Origin: Octopus sinensis
Taxonomy: Eukaryota
NCBI RefSeq assembly: GCF_006345805.1
Contig: NC_043012.1
Location: forward strand, 41,788,001-41,852,000
Direction: 5' to 3'
Length of the DNA: 64,000 nucleotides
Below, one piece after another: positions 14,674-28,157 of this stretch; within the stretch, counting starts at the first letter, position 1; the number at the start of each line of letters is the position of its first letter. A program made the translations under genes and the position numbers. A model generated the notes under the pieces. The model did not search any database, had not been told where the DNA came from, and saw nothing but the letters and a program-made list of their open reading frames with translations.

Positions 14674-16414
14674 TATTATTATTATTATTATTATTTCAAT
14701 TTTACTTCTCAGTGTCCTCGAATTTATTTGCTGTGGTTAATTCAATAAAAGCAACAGGTTACTACCTGTTGTCAAAGGTCTCACAGGATCTCCTTTAACG
14801 ATACTTGACACCCAAGGACCAATCTCAAAATCCTCACTATCCTCAATGGAGAGTAGTTTTCTGAGCCTGTCCTACCCTCATGTCAATTCCAATTTCTCCA
14901 GCATATTTCTCAAACCTGGCTGTTAATGCTCCCATGTCCCGACAACTGCTGGGAGGACACTTACTCTCTTCATTGCTCACATTCTTGTAATTTTCTCTTT
15001 TGGTAGCTTATATTTTATCATCTTTTCCAGCTCTTTATCACCTACGCATGTGTTCTCAAGTATGACAATATCTATGATCCGTTTCCTTCTTCCTTCCAAT
15101 CCACTACAACAATGCCTAATCTCCGATCACCAATTAGTGTATCACATTGGATGGTTCATGTTCCTACGATTTCCCTGTTCTTTCAAGACTATTTTGCTTC
15201 TATCTTTTCTATTCCTTTTCGCCCGGTTTGCTACACTTACTCACAATATGTAGATTGCTTCGTTTTTACTGCTACACATCTATTTGGAACTTGGCCTAAT
15301 TAATTTTCTTGTTCTTGGGCGCTGCATATCAATGCCTCAGTGCATCCTTTCATATCACTCTTCCTTAGCGACCTCCAGGCGTTTAGTTTAGTCTTGTCTT
15401 TCCCTTCAATTTCTCTGAGGGATTACCCATGCATCGTTTTCACTTTTCAGATGTTTAACTGTTGCTCTCCATCTCGTCTCTTAAATGGTTTTGGTTGTGT
15501 CACACTTTCAGTATGTGACAAAGCGTTAATCTGCTAACAATCTTCTAATAGCGACAAAGCTCTTTTCTTCGTTGACAACACTGATTTGTATCTTATGAGG
15601 CTCTTCCTCCCTTCTATCTTGACACATACAGTCTATCGGTGTTCTTCAACATTTGGTAGTTTGAGACAAATTTCTACGGCATCACATGATACACCTCCGT
15701 GTTGTTGGGGTGTGTGCAGCATTATGTTCTTTTCTGTTGGGAGTGCACAAACTCTTCCTGTGTTAGTTTTTTTTTGTCTTGTGGTGTTGTGCAGTCTTTT
15801 GTTGTTTTACTATATTGTGTGTTGAGTGTGTAATGCGTTGGTTTTCTAGCTTGCTGATGGAAGTTTATTTCACTGGATAATTGCTGTATAGAGTGGGTCT
15901 TGTATTTGTGGGTTGTTTTGTTTAGGTTGTATTATTGAATTGATAGTGTCTTGCGTAGGATGTGGAATGTTCCTAGCAGGGCTATTTTTTGAATGGTGTG
16001 TAGTGTTGAGGATCCAGGTACAGCCTCTACGTTTTTGTTCATGTGTTTTTATTATCAAACCCAATGCTCCAATTATTATTGGTATTGTTTTTACCTCCAT
16101 GCCTCACATTTTGAATACTTTAATTTCGAGGTCTTTCTACTTTGGCAGTTTCTCCACTTGGACAATATTTTGATCAGAAGGGACTGCAATGTCTATCAGT
16201 AAGCAGGTGTTTTTTCCCGGTACTTGACTATTATGTCTGGACGATGAGCTTTTATTTCTTTGCCAGTTTGAATCGCCATTTCACAGATGATTGTGGCCTG
16301 GTCGTTATCCTGTGCCTTGACTGGCATATGCTTATACCACTTATTATCAGTTTTGATGTTGTAATGTTGGCATATTGTCCAGTGGATATAACTGTTCACT
16401 TGGTCGTGTCTGCA

Positions 16415-16461
<47 letters not shown>

Positions 16462-16591
16462 TATTATTATTATTATTATTATTCAGTAGTTTTATTTTTA
16501 TAGCGTGCTTTCACTTCACTACCGAGCGCAGCTCTGTGTGCCTTGGGTATGTGCTGTGATTTGTTGTGATGCTCTGATGGTTATTGTATGG

Positions 16592-16592
<1 letters not shown>
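14492..16592. repeat. Second copy of a ~2.1-kb tandem duplication (compound TTA/ATC microsatellite + LINE C + LINE D + A-3'UTR)
   Basis: Offset ~2101 bp from 12370-14492; identical ORF translations in the track. Confidence 0.95.
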
Positions 16593-16648
<56 letters not shown>

Positions 16649-17574
16649 GCATATATATTTGTGTATATCAATGAGTGTGCCCGCACACATACTGTATATA
16701 TAATTACATACATATATACATTACATTCCTACATAGTTTCACGTACGCACACCGATACAAATATATATATGTATGTGTGTGTATGTGTGTGTGTATGTAT
16801 ATATGTATGTACGTGTGTGTGTATAGACACATATATATATATATATGATATACATACATATATATATGTATGCATAAACACATAAATATATGTGTGTGCG
16901 TGTGTGCGCGTATGTGTGTGATCGTGCGTGTGTGCGAATACATATGTGTGTCTGTGTGTATGTGTGTAGACTGGATGTTTTTCCGTAATGTGAGAGAACT
17001 GTGCCCCGGGCCGTAGGAAAGCCGCCAAAGCATCAATGAAGTAATCTATGGAACGACATGAAAATTAAACAATTTGAAGTGATTGGGATATAATAAGCGG
17101 TGAGGAAGGGAATGGGGACGGAATCCGTACAGGGTCACAAAAGATGAAAGCTTTCGGATACACGTGAATAAACACACTGATACACACTTTGATGTGTGTG
17201 TGTGTGTATAGGTAGATAGATATAGATATGTTTATATATATATATATATATGTATGTGTGTACATATATGTATGTATATACATGCACAAACTAACTCTCT
17301 CACACACACATACATAATGTTGTTTTTTGTGTTTTTTCTTCGCTTTTTATTCGGGGGGGGGGGATAAATTATATATATGTGTGTATGTGTATGTGTGTAT
17401 GTATGTTTGTATTATAGTTTCAGTTTAATGGTAGGAAACATAAAAGTAGTCCTTTAGTGCGAAAGTGTTTGTGTACGCGCATATCTGTGTGTGTGTGTGT
17501 CAGAGAGAGAGAGAGAGAGAGAAAGAAAGGGTAAGAGAGGGAAAGTGAAAGAGTAAGGGAGAGAGAGAAAGAGA

Positions 17575-17606
<32 letters not shown>

Positions 17607-18209
17607 AGATAAGAGAGTGAGAGAGAGGAAGAGAGAGTAAGGGAGAGAGGATAAGAGAGAGAGAGAGATATCATATTCGTGCATGTATGTAATTATTTGT
17701 TATTCTGTTCCAAGAATTATTGTTTCGGTCGGGATATTTGCTGAAATATAAATAATTCAATATTTATTCGGCAATAAGGTCACAGAGGGTCATTCGAAGT
17801 CTACAGGAATAAACTGCTGCTTCACTACAAACAGGAGGAGGAGGAACTCGAATCCTATGGTGCTGTCAATTTGACGCCAAAATAATTGCCGTTTTCAACC
17901 ATTTGCTTTAAGTTATACTTACAATTTGAGAGCAAATAGAGAAATATAGAAATAAGTCTTTATGAATGATATGTGAGGAAGCGAGTTAAGTTATAAAAAT
18001 ATGACTTAAAATACATTCGATTAGAAACCCCTCGTTTAGAAACAAAAACGCCTTAAAACTGCCTCAGATTATAAACCATTGAAATCTACCCAGTTTCGTC
18101 AGCAAGAGAGAGAGAGAGAGAGACCTATGGAATAAGTTGGCTATGATAAAGTTACGAAAGCCAGTTTCTTCCACATCGAGCAAATCGATCCCAGAACTTA
18201 TTCTTTGTA

Positions 18210-18307
18210 AGCTTAGTACTTATTCTATCGGTCTCTTTTGCCGAACGGCGAAGTTACGGGGACGTAAACACACCAGCATCGGTTGTCAAGTGACGTCGGA
18301 GGGACAA

Positions 18308-18339
<32 letters not shown>

Positions 18340-18489
18340 GTACATATATACGAAGGGCTTCTTTCAGTTTCCCTCTACCAAATCCACTCACAAGGCTTTG
18401 GTCGGCCCAAGGTGAAACGCAGTGGGACTGAACCCGGAACCATGTGGTTGGTAAGCAAGCTACTTACCACACAGCCACTCCTACGCCTA
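18210..18489 (-). mobile_element. Octopus-type tRNA-derived SINE with internal (CA)n
   Basis: Minus-strand head aggcgtaggagtggctgtgtggtaag...ccgggttcagtcccactgcg carries A- and B-box-like motifs. Confidence 0.9.
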
Positions 18490-19032
18490 TATATACGTGC
18501 CGGCAGCTTCGAATGTGAATTTGCTCATATGTCTTTTGTTTTGACTAAGGCGAACAATATATTGTCTTTGAGACAATTTGTGTCTACGACAACACTAAAT
18601 TCTTTGGCAGGTAAGGGAACTTTGAGAGACCACGGGGTTTAGATCTGGTTATGTCTTTTCAATCAAAGGTAAACCGGATCAATGAATTTGATCAATGAAT
18701 GTGACAGTTGTTTATAGAAATTTCCAAACTAAATATTCGCTGACGTGTGCCAAACCATGAGAGTCCCATCATCTGAAGGAATTCTTCTTTGTGGACAAAA
18801 TACAATATGAGTTAGTGTATTCGATCTCCAACTAAGAATTAATGTGGATGACATCGCTTTGATTCTCGTCACCGAGTACATGACGATTTATTGTATACAT
18901 ACATACATACATACATACATACATACATACATACATACATGTGTGTATGTGAATGCGAGTGTATGTGTATCTGTGTGTGTAGCTTTGCGTGTAGGTATGT
19001 ACATGTGTACACACACACACACACACACACAC

Positions 19033-19075
<43 letters not shown>

Positions 19076-19399
19076 TACAGTGGGCAGAAGTAATTCTTTA
19101 ATAGTTTCAGGTGACAATAGAGACAAGTTAACGTTGTTGTTGCCGCCACCATTTATCTCCCACACAATAATAGTTATTAACTCCAAAACAATCCATCAAC
19201 GGCTCGATTTAATGACCCAAACTTGTTAGTCTGCATCGTGGTTCACATCAATAATTGCTTGTCTTCCATTTAATTGCCTGGGAGACATATCTTGACAACA
19301 CCTAAATTTCTTTCTTTCTTTTTTTTTTTACACAAAATACAGAATAAAAATTCCAGTAATAAAAAGGAATAATACTATAAAAGTAACGAACTGACGCCT

Positions 19400-19615
19400 G
19401 AATAACAACAACAACAATAAAGTATGCGATAAGGAAGAAAGAGAAGTCGATAAATATAACGGGTTAGCTTGGGAGGTCAAGATGTTGTGGTCGCTGAAAA
19501 AGGTGGTAGTAGTACCAATAATTGTCAGAGCCCTGGGAACAGTGAGTAAAAATCTTGAGAAGTACATGGAACAAATAAAGGTGGAGAACTTAAGAATGGA
19601 TGGAAATTTGAGAAA
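19400..19615 (+). mobile_element. RLE LINE C-terminal fragment
   Basis: KEEREVDKYNGLAWEV...VVVPIIVRALGTVSKNLEKY. Confidence 0.7.
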
Positions 19616-19619
19616 GTTG

Positions 19620-21225
19620 GCAAGGAGTATGGTGTAGATACAAAAGGCTCGAATGTTGTAATTGTTGAGGAACTGAAGTAGCACATACATGCAAAAATAG
19701 CAAAGCTGACTGGGTTTGAACAACGGATTAAGCAATACTAGCAAAACAAATTGTTTAGAATAAACCAAAAAAGATTTTATTAAGAGATTAATGACAATAA
19801 AAAACGTGACAGATTAGTCCCTGATGCTGATGAAAGCCGACTTTTCTGGGGAAAGATATGGAGTAAGCAAGAACAACACAATACTAGAGCTGAAAGACTC
19901 TGCAGCCTGAAGTAAAAAGCTTCCTATCTCCAGCAAGAGGCTATCCACTTCACAGACGATAGTATTAGAAATATGAGTAAAAAGATAATCAAATGGAGAG
20001 CAGCAGGACCTGATGATGTACAAGGATTCTTGATGAAAAAAAGTTTAATAGTTGCCATAAATTGATCGCAGAGCAATTTAATGTACAGATCAATGGAAGA
20101 AATCCCGGGATGGGTGACAAAAGGACGGTGTTTTGCCTGAAGGATGCATCAAAGGAAAATGCTGCTGACAATTACAGACCAATTTTCTGACTCCCATTAA
20201 TGTGAATGCTACTGTCAGGAGGAATTGCAGAACTGTAAAAATTTCTTGATGAGAACGATATATTATCGTCCGAACAAAAAGCTGTAGAAGGAGATGCAGA
20301 GGTACCAAAGATAAATTATCGGTTGACAAAATGTTAATGCAAAATTGTAAACGAAGGAGAATAAACCTGGAAATGACCTGAATTGACTATCGCAAAGCTT
20401 ATGATATGATTCCACATTCGTAGATCATCGAGTGCTTAGACCTGTTTGGAATTGTAAGGAATGTAACGTGTTTTCGAAATATGGTGGGATGGAAAATTGA
20501 ACTGACATCTTACGGAAAAAGCTTGGAGACCCTCGGTATCAGAAGAGGGATTTTCCAGGTTGCTGCTTGTTCTCTGAATGATATCCCTGACCTTGGTACT
20601 TAGGAAAATGATTTTGGGGTACCAACTAAAGGAAAAATCCCAAACAATCAACTACCACCTCTTCATGTATGATTTGAAACTGTATGGCAAGGTTGAGACA
20701 CTAGTGAGTTCCTTGGAGAACACAGTCCACTGTTTTAGTATTGATATTAGAATGGAATTTGGACTCAAGAAGTGCGGAATAATCTCCCTAAAAAAAGGCA
20801 AGATACGGTCCATAGCAGAAATAGAATTACCGAACAGAGACCTGATTAAACAAATTGAGACGGAAGGATAGAAATACCTTGGTGTACTAGAGTGCAACGA
20901 GATAATGGAAAAGGAAATGAAAGAGCAACTGAGGATGAAATATTTCGGAAGACTGAGGTTGGTGTTGTGCTCAATGAAGAGAGTTGACTTGATACCCATA
21001 GTAATTGGTACACTTGGAAGTATCAGCACTCATCTACCAGCATGGCTGAAAGAGATTGGTGCAAGTGTGAAGGTAGACACCTACAAAAACCAACATTGCT
21101 TGGAACTGCGAGAATTCTTCGCAGGGTTCTTGAAGCATGATCAGTAAACAAATGAAGCCTTAGTCTGCTGGCTGTGGACAGCTGACGCTTGCCATCATAC
21201 CCAGCAAAATAAGTTGTGAAGTTTC

Positions 21226-21272
<47 letters not shown>

Positions 21273-21305
21273 TAATAATAATAATAAAATAATAATAATA
21301 ATAAA
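19620..21305 (+). mobile_element. Decayed, internally deleted R4/Dong-like LINE with (TAA)n tail
   Basis: QNKLFRINQKRFY, AAGPDDVQG, NYRPI, IDYRKAYDMIPHS, HLFMYDLKLY (YxDD relic), KYLGV, then a jump to IPIVIGTLG...LGTARIL; 3'UTR and TAA tail at 21228-21305. Confidence 0.85.
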
Positions 21306-21779
21306 TATACCTGATAGTGGCTTTCATGACTTCTTATTTTAACTGATTAGAAGTGTTATTACGGCCATGTTTTGTCTTGGTGGTAAATTTTCTGCTCAAT
21401 ACGACAGATTTGCGTATCAGTTGCTTGACCATAATCGGTTGAGCATGTCCGTCAGTGGTTAACGATGTGCGCATGTTTGATGGCTAACAGGAGTAGTTGG
21501 GGAGCATCATAGGCATGTGTTGAGAGTATTCTTTGGGGTTTGAATAATTCACCTTTTGTAACATCTGGATTTCATTCATCATCCTTAAACAGCTCTTTTG
21601 AGCGGGCTGGGCTACCCGACCTGAAGAAAATTGTAACTGGGCCCCACCCGCAAGGTCTTGTGCTGTTTATCTTGATATGGAGTCATCATGTCATGCACAT
21701 ATCGTTGTGATGCATTTTCTTTGTGAACACTTATGGGACAAGTAGTCATGATATGTATATTGGGCTTCGTTGCTGGCAT

Positions 21780-22065
21780 ACACTGCTCTCTCATTTAATA
21801 ACAATAGAATACCAGGGAATGGCGAACCTTCAGGGTTGGCGAAAGTGATGTAGTGGACAACGAAAAACCTGGCTGATGACACTCAAGGCTGATCTGGAAC
21901 CCAGTCTAGGCCCCATATCTACGGCGTTCGCCGCTAGAATAAGGAGTGGTTGGAGATCACGCGGTCGTTAGCCTCAAATCGCCAGGTCTGGTCGGCGTTT
22001 GTGAGAGATGCAGCATTGAGGATGAATGAAGCCAGCTCAACCCACCCCGGGTGAATGCTGTCTCA
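21780..22065 (+). mobile_element. RTE-clade LINE 3' end
   Basis: ...KADLEPSLGPHIYGVRR*NKEWLEITRSLASNRQVWSAFVRDA...HPG* across frameshifts. Confidence 0.6.
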
Positions 22066-23040
22066 AGAGAAGAAGAGGGAATACTTGGAGCAGATTGAAT
22101 TAAGCATAATGATATGAGAATAAAAGACAAAGAAAGCGTATCTGCGGCGATCGAGAAAGATATTGCATTGAAAGTTGAATGTCAGAAACATAGTTTTGGC
22201 AATCAACTCGCGCGCAACTACAGTGGCTCGATTTGGAGCTGGGATTCTGAAGTGGATAAAGGATGAGCTAAAAGAGTTGGACACGAAGAAAAGAAAACTT
22301 CTAACCATGCATGGAGCCCATCGTATATGTACAGACACCGATTGCCTATACATATAGAGAGAAGATGAAGGAAAGGACAAATAAGTGTGGAAGACTGCCT
22401 GCATATTGAACGCGGAAACTTGTTGAGATATTGACCTAAAGTGAGGAAACCTTGCTAGTGGCAGAGATGAGGGCACAAAGAACAAAGCAAGAAGGATAAG
22501 AAGGACGTGCAAGTCTACTCAGCAAATGGTTATGCAATCAATTCCATGTAGACACAACTGAAGTTGCTGAAGAACACAGGCGGAGTTGGCAAACGATAGG
22601 AACACTTAAAAAGGAGTCTGAGAGCACGATACTTACAGCGCAAGATGAAGCTTTGGCCCTAAAATAGAGGGGCAACCTTAGGAATGAGCAAGTGTTACCA
22701 TTGTAAAGGATTTGAGGAAACCATTGCCCGTATTGTGAATGAATGCTTCGGACTTGCCGAAAACCAATGTAAGTTGTGGCGGCACAATGAGGTAGCAAAA
22801 GTGCTGCAATGGAAACTATGTGAAGAGCGATCAGAGAGAGGCAAGATGTGGTAGGAACAGAAACCACAGAGAGTGACTGAGTCGGAAACCTGAACAATCC
22901 CGTGGGATTTCCAAATCCATGTAGACCAGATGCTTGTGCACAACGAGCTGGACCTAGTGATGGTGGACTAGGGGAATCACATGTGCTCTATAATTGATGT
23001 TGTGTGTCTCTTTGACTCACGAATATTTAAGGACGACAAG
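22065..23040 (+). mobile_element. Decayed R4/Dong-like LINE (RT thumb to RLE)
   Basis: LAINSRATTVARFGAGILKW...KLLTMHGAH, ESTILTAQDEAL, PWDFQIHVD. Confidence 0.75.
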
Positions 23041-23159
23041 AAAACATCCCTTTTACATTCCCTTTAAATATGTAATAGGTCAACTGTGGAAAATGAAAAA
23101 GGTGAAGATTGCGCCGATAATTATTGGGTCCTTTGGGCACGGTATCAGAAGGTGTTGAA

Positions 23160-23817
23160 GGGAAATTCTTTTGCCGAGATATTATGGTCACAGGGTGTGC
23201 TCATGTCAATCAATAAACAGACTTTATTGTTTTGGTCTTTCACAACAATATCCAGTTTATTAGCTTTGATGGTTCGGTCTGTATGTACTGGGAAGTCCCA
23301 AATAATCGCCTCCAGGAGTTCCAACAAAATATGAGATAAAAAGAATAGTAATAATAATCTAACGATTATTTGGGATATTGTTGTGAAAGACCAAAACAAT
23401 AAAGTCTGTTTATTGATTGACATAAGCACACCCTGTGACCATAATATCTCGGCAAAAGAATTTGATAACTTGAGAAAATATAAAGATTTGCTCTTTGAAA
23501 TTGAAAAAATGTGGAACCTCGAGGCAGTTACAATACCAGTGATTGTAGGAATGATCAAAGAAAGGAACTAAAAATCATTTGAGAATGCTCTCCGGTTTAC
23601 CATCCCTGGTACGTCACATGTATTGAGACGAGCATTATCGATATGAGAACATTACTATCCACCCATTTTAATCTTTTTTTTCACATGGCATTTTATTTTG
23701 AAAATAAATAATCTGGTGTGTTTAGTTTAGTAGTCTATTAATATATACAGTGAGTTTTTTGCCCTAGGAGTCGGGAAGACAATCGGCAAGAGATGGTAAC
23801 AAGACTGAAAGAAAAAC

Positions 23818-23853
<36 letters not shown>

Positions 23854-23874
23854 TAATAATAATAATAATAATAA

Positions 23875-23900
<26 letters not shown>
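23160..23900 (+). mobile_element. RLE LINE 3' fragment with an inverted 5' segment and (TAA)n tail
   Basis: 23345-23640 + strand WD..IVVKDQ...LLIDISTP...KYKDL; 23160-23325 is an inverted copy of the same segment. Confidence 0.8.
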
Positions 23901-23913
<13 letters not shown>

Positions 23914-23999
23914 GAAATTTTATATACAAAAACTACCACTAGTAACTTCCCATGCAACAGTGACACTGATGTTATCTGGAAAATTAGTTTAAACAGCGT

Positions 24000-24960
24000 T
24001 CGTGTTACTGCATTGTGTTATTTCTTAGAGGAGAATGCGTGGAACATAAATGTTTGACAGTGAACATAACATGTTGGGAGTTGGTGGGGGACTCGTAAAT
24101 AGGTGTTCTGGGTATACAGCCATTCTAGTCGAACCAACTGTAATTGGACTAATGTGTTTAAACAGAAACTTTGGTACGAAATAGTCATTATATCGAGAGA
24201 ACATTGTGTATGAGAAGATGTCTCGTAAGGTAGAGCATGCAAACAATATTGAGGAAAGAACTGTCTAGCGTAGCTCACTATTACATGAATCAGGCCCTAC
24301 GTCGACGGTTATGGTTTACCATTCAGAAACAGGAGATAAATATCTGATCAATAAAAGAGAAATAAGGAGGTTTCCCAACACTGATGCGAGGAAACGATGA
24401 TCATGCCACCATAAAAGTAAGGAAGATATCGCTGACAACTTCAACAACTTCTATAAAATACCGACAGGGTTACTACTCTCCTTTTGAGACATGATATGGC
24501 TGCAAAGACTGTTTATAATGCTTTCTTGAGGAAGGGTTGTCCTGACGGTCATACAATTACGATCACAGGACCAAATTGTATCCACAGCTTTAAAAATAGG
24601 GAAGAGTGGGGAAGCAATTCAATAATACACAACACACCAGATACAGTTTTATAAGGCAAAAACAAGATCAGCTGCGCGGCAAATGTGAATGTCTCACTTA
24701 AACTTATGGAAAAACAGAACACTTTTGGTTAAAAAAAAAAAGAAAGAAGAAATTAGGACTTATTAATCCAGGTTACAGGTTCTCATTTGTGCCTATTATC
24801 ACAGGCACGATATACTGTGGAGCAACATCATTATTACATGGGAACCTGGAAATACTAAACTTTTCCAAGAAACAACAAAACTAACGTATCCACATCCTGC
24901 AAATTCTATCGATTTGCAGGATGCAGCAAAGAATATTGAAAAATTGTTCAATGATTATCT
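24000..24960 (+). mobile_element. Decayed RLE LINE related to 43690-44520
   Basis: YYLLLRHDMAAKTVYNA, FVPIITG. Confidence 0.5.
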
Positions 24961-25013
24961 ATAATTGAGATTTCTATAATAAACATATACACAGTGTCTT
25001 ATTCATTTGGCAT

Positions 25014-25099
<86 letters not shown>

Positions 25100-25164
25100 G
25101 GTCCCGGGTTGAGTCGGGGTTAACCACAGTAAATAAGGTATTCAATACATAGCAGAGTAAATTA

Positions 25165-25615
25165 ATTTATTTTATAGAAGGAGCTTCTACAGGACTAGAA
25201 CTGTTTCATTCAAAAGAAATCATCAGGAAGCTGGGTAACAAGAATAGTTTTGGCATTTATACACTTAGGCAGGTTTAAGGGGTGGTGGTGGGGGACTTTT
25301 TGGGGTAGGCATGGCGCAAACTATCATTCTTAGGGGAGTGGTCAAAGGAATCAGTGATAAAGTAAAGTAGATAAAGTATAATATACTATTATACTATTAT
25401 TCTATTTATTCTTTTATCTACTTTATCACTGATTCCTTTGACCACTCCCCTAAGAATGATAGTTTGCGCCATGCCTACCCCAAAAAGTCCCCCACCACCC
25501 ATTAAACCTGCCTAAGTGTATAAATGCCAAAACTATTCTTGTTACCCAGCTTCCTGATGATTTCTTTTGAATGAAACAGTTCTAGTCCTGTAGAAGCTCC
25601 TTCTATAAAATAAAT
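25165..25615. repeat. Near-perfect ~450-bp palindrome (~210-bp arms)
   Basis: atttattttatagaaggagc...gataaag versus ...tttatc...gctccttctataaaataaat; spacer ~35 bp. Confidence 0.95.
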
Positions 25616-27554
25616 AATATATATATATATATATATATATAAACACAAACACGTGCATCCATAACATGAGTGTATATATACATATTTATACATAAACCTA
25701 CGTATATGCACACGGTATTTTACGCGAATATTCTCAAATCCCTGGAGCTGTCTTCACTCGAACAAGAAAGACTTGTCACTTAGTTTGGGACCGGCTTGTA
25801 GTCTGCTGAGAAGATCTTAAATAGATTACATCCACTCTCTCGTTTCAGGTGTATAAACAACAAACAGGTGTATTAGTTTAATGCTCATGATGGTGAGAAA
25901 GTATTTTTTCGCTTCGAGCCTACGCTCTTCAACAGAAAGGAACACGAGAAAATAAACAGAGAGATCAAAAAATGCTTTAGGGGCTAGCGGTCAATCATAG
26001 CGGCTGGCTGGACAGAGATGGTCAGACAGGAGAGCTAGGAAGAAGGGGAGATAATAAAGTATTGGTGATCCCAAAACGAAGGTGCGTGTGCGTTTGTATG
26101 TGGGAGTTTGTATGTGCGTGTGGATAAGGGGTGGTAACCTTGACCTGTGGATGTGCGTGTGTGTGCGTCTGTAATGTGTGGGTGTGTGAATGATGGTGTG
26201 GGTGCTGGGAAGTGGTCAGTGCTAGTGTGTGCGGCGTGGTGTGATGTGGTGTGGTGGTGTGTGGTGTGGCGCTGTGTGGTGTGGTGGTGTGATGGTGTTG
26301 GGGTGTGGGGATGCGAGGTTGGGGTGTAAGGGTGGGATGTGGGTTAGAGGTGAAGATATGGGGTTAGTGTGGGGTACGTGGGAGTGGGATGTGTGGGGTA
26401 GTGACGGAAGTAGTATTAGAACCATAAAGCAACCGAACATGGATATAACACTTATATATACCGAATACTGCATATTATCCTTGAGAGGTGCTCTCATATA
26501 GACGCGTGGTTATAACATGGTTATAGACGAGAATCTAAATGCCAGATCACATTATTTCAGTCTACTGGACTTCTTCGGTGACAGTCGCTGGTGACCGCAT
26601 ACCAGCCAACTCTCGTTGCCACGATATGTACACATTAGAGTGATACCCGTCATCTGACGGGTACTTCGGAAGAATAATTTAACATTTATCAAAACAAATA
26701 TGTATTACCTTAAAATAAAATAAAATAAAACAAATTTTTCATGTGAATGGTTGCAATAAATAACTGTCACAACTTTCCTAAATTTTATCAGCATAATCGC
26801 GATCTACACTTTCAAAAACCAATCTCTGCAAAATTTTATTGAAAAATTTGTAAATTCCTCACAAAGTTATGAGACACTCACCGTACACCTCGTATATTAA
26901 CGCCCTCTCTCTCACTCTCACTTTTACTCTCCCTCTTCTCTCTCTGATTTTCTCTCTTTTCCTTTTTCTATACGATATGCAAAGCGTGACAAGAGAAGTC
27001 AACGAACTTACCAACGTTTAGACCGGCTATTATAAAGTACAATAAATATCAAAACATACTTTTTCTGGACATAAACTTGTGTTTATCGTATTCACAGCAG
27101 TAAAAATAACCGATTTGCTGCCACAGTAACGCCTTATGAAATTAATTACCGTTGTATTATATTCAAAGGTTCATTAATAAATTCTTTCTGTTTTTTCCTT
27201 CTTTCACTGTTCCATTTGTATGAAAAGACAAACCAGTTGGTGGTTATTTGTTAATCATTTGTATGTGATTTGTGTTTGATCCTAAATTAATAAAAAACAT
27301 CTGAGAAGGAAAATTATGATTTAGATATCCAAAAAGGAAGGCGATATTATGGCAGCAAGAAGAATGTCGATGTAATCGGGGTCAAGGGAATTAATGATAA
27401 TGGCCCGGGAATTCTTTCTAACCCTTTCTCTAATAATCAAACAATAAGGAAAAATACACTGAAATAAAAAGGGGAAACAATAACGATTCTCAAATAGCTC
27501 ACTCTCTGTCTCTCTTTCAAGTTTTCTCTCTCACGTGCGCTAAATCTAACTCTA

Positions 27555-27593
<39 letters not shown>

Positions 27594-27873
27594 AATTACT
27601 GTTTTTATCTCAAGTTTTCTCTCTCCCTCACACTAAATTTAACTCTCTCTCTCTGTCTTTTTATTTACCCCTCTCTCAGTAACTCTACTGCCTCTGCCTC
27701 AAAAAGAAAATATAACTGGTAAAAGGAGAAGGTATTTTTACAATATGGAGGAATTTTCAAATGCCATAATTTGTATTTTTATTATTATCAAGGGTTTGGG
27801 AAATAAATCAATAGTTTTATATCTTACATCAAAAAGAATTAGGTGGATGTGGGAAAACATTATTATTATTATC

Positions 27874-27933
<60 letters not shown>

Positions 27934-28093
27934 TAATTATTAATATTATCATTATGTCATAATCTTTATTAGTTTCTTGTATTTCGCCCTTGAGTGTGTC
28001 CTTTGATGTTGCTCCTATTGTGGTGAGCCTTGAGCCAATAAAAATTTCATTATCATCATCTTCATACACGCAGCACGCGCACACACACACACG

Positions 28094-28157
<64 letters not shown>

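Noticed and set aside
16975-17060. Minus-strand candidate exon (DYFIDALAAFLRPG...)
   Set aside because: Acceptor plausible but no good donor and no homology recognised.
18440-18489. tRNA gene
   Set aside because: A/B boxes are present but there is no cloverleaf, and it continues into a SINE body.
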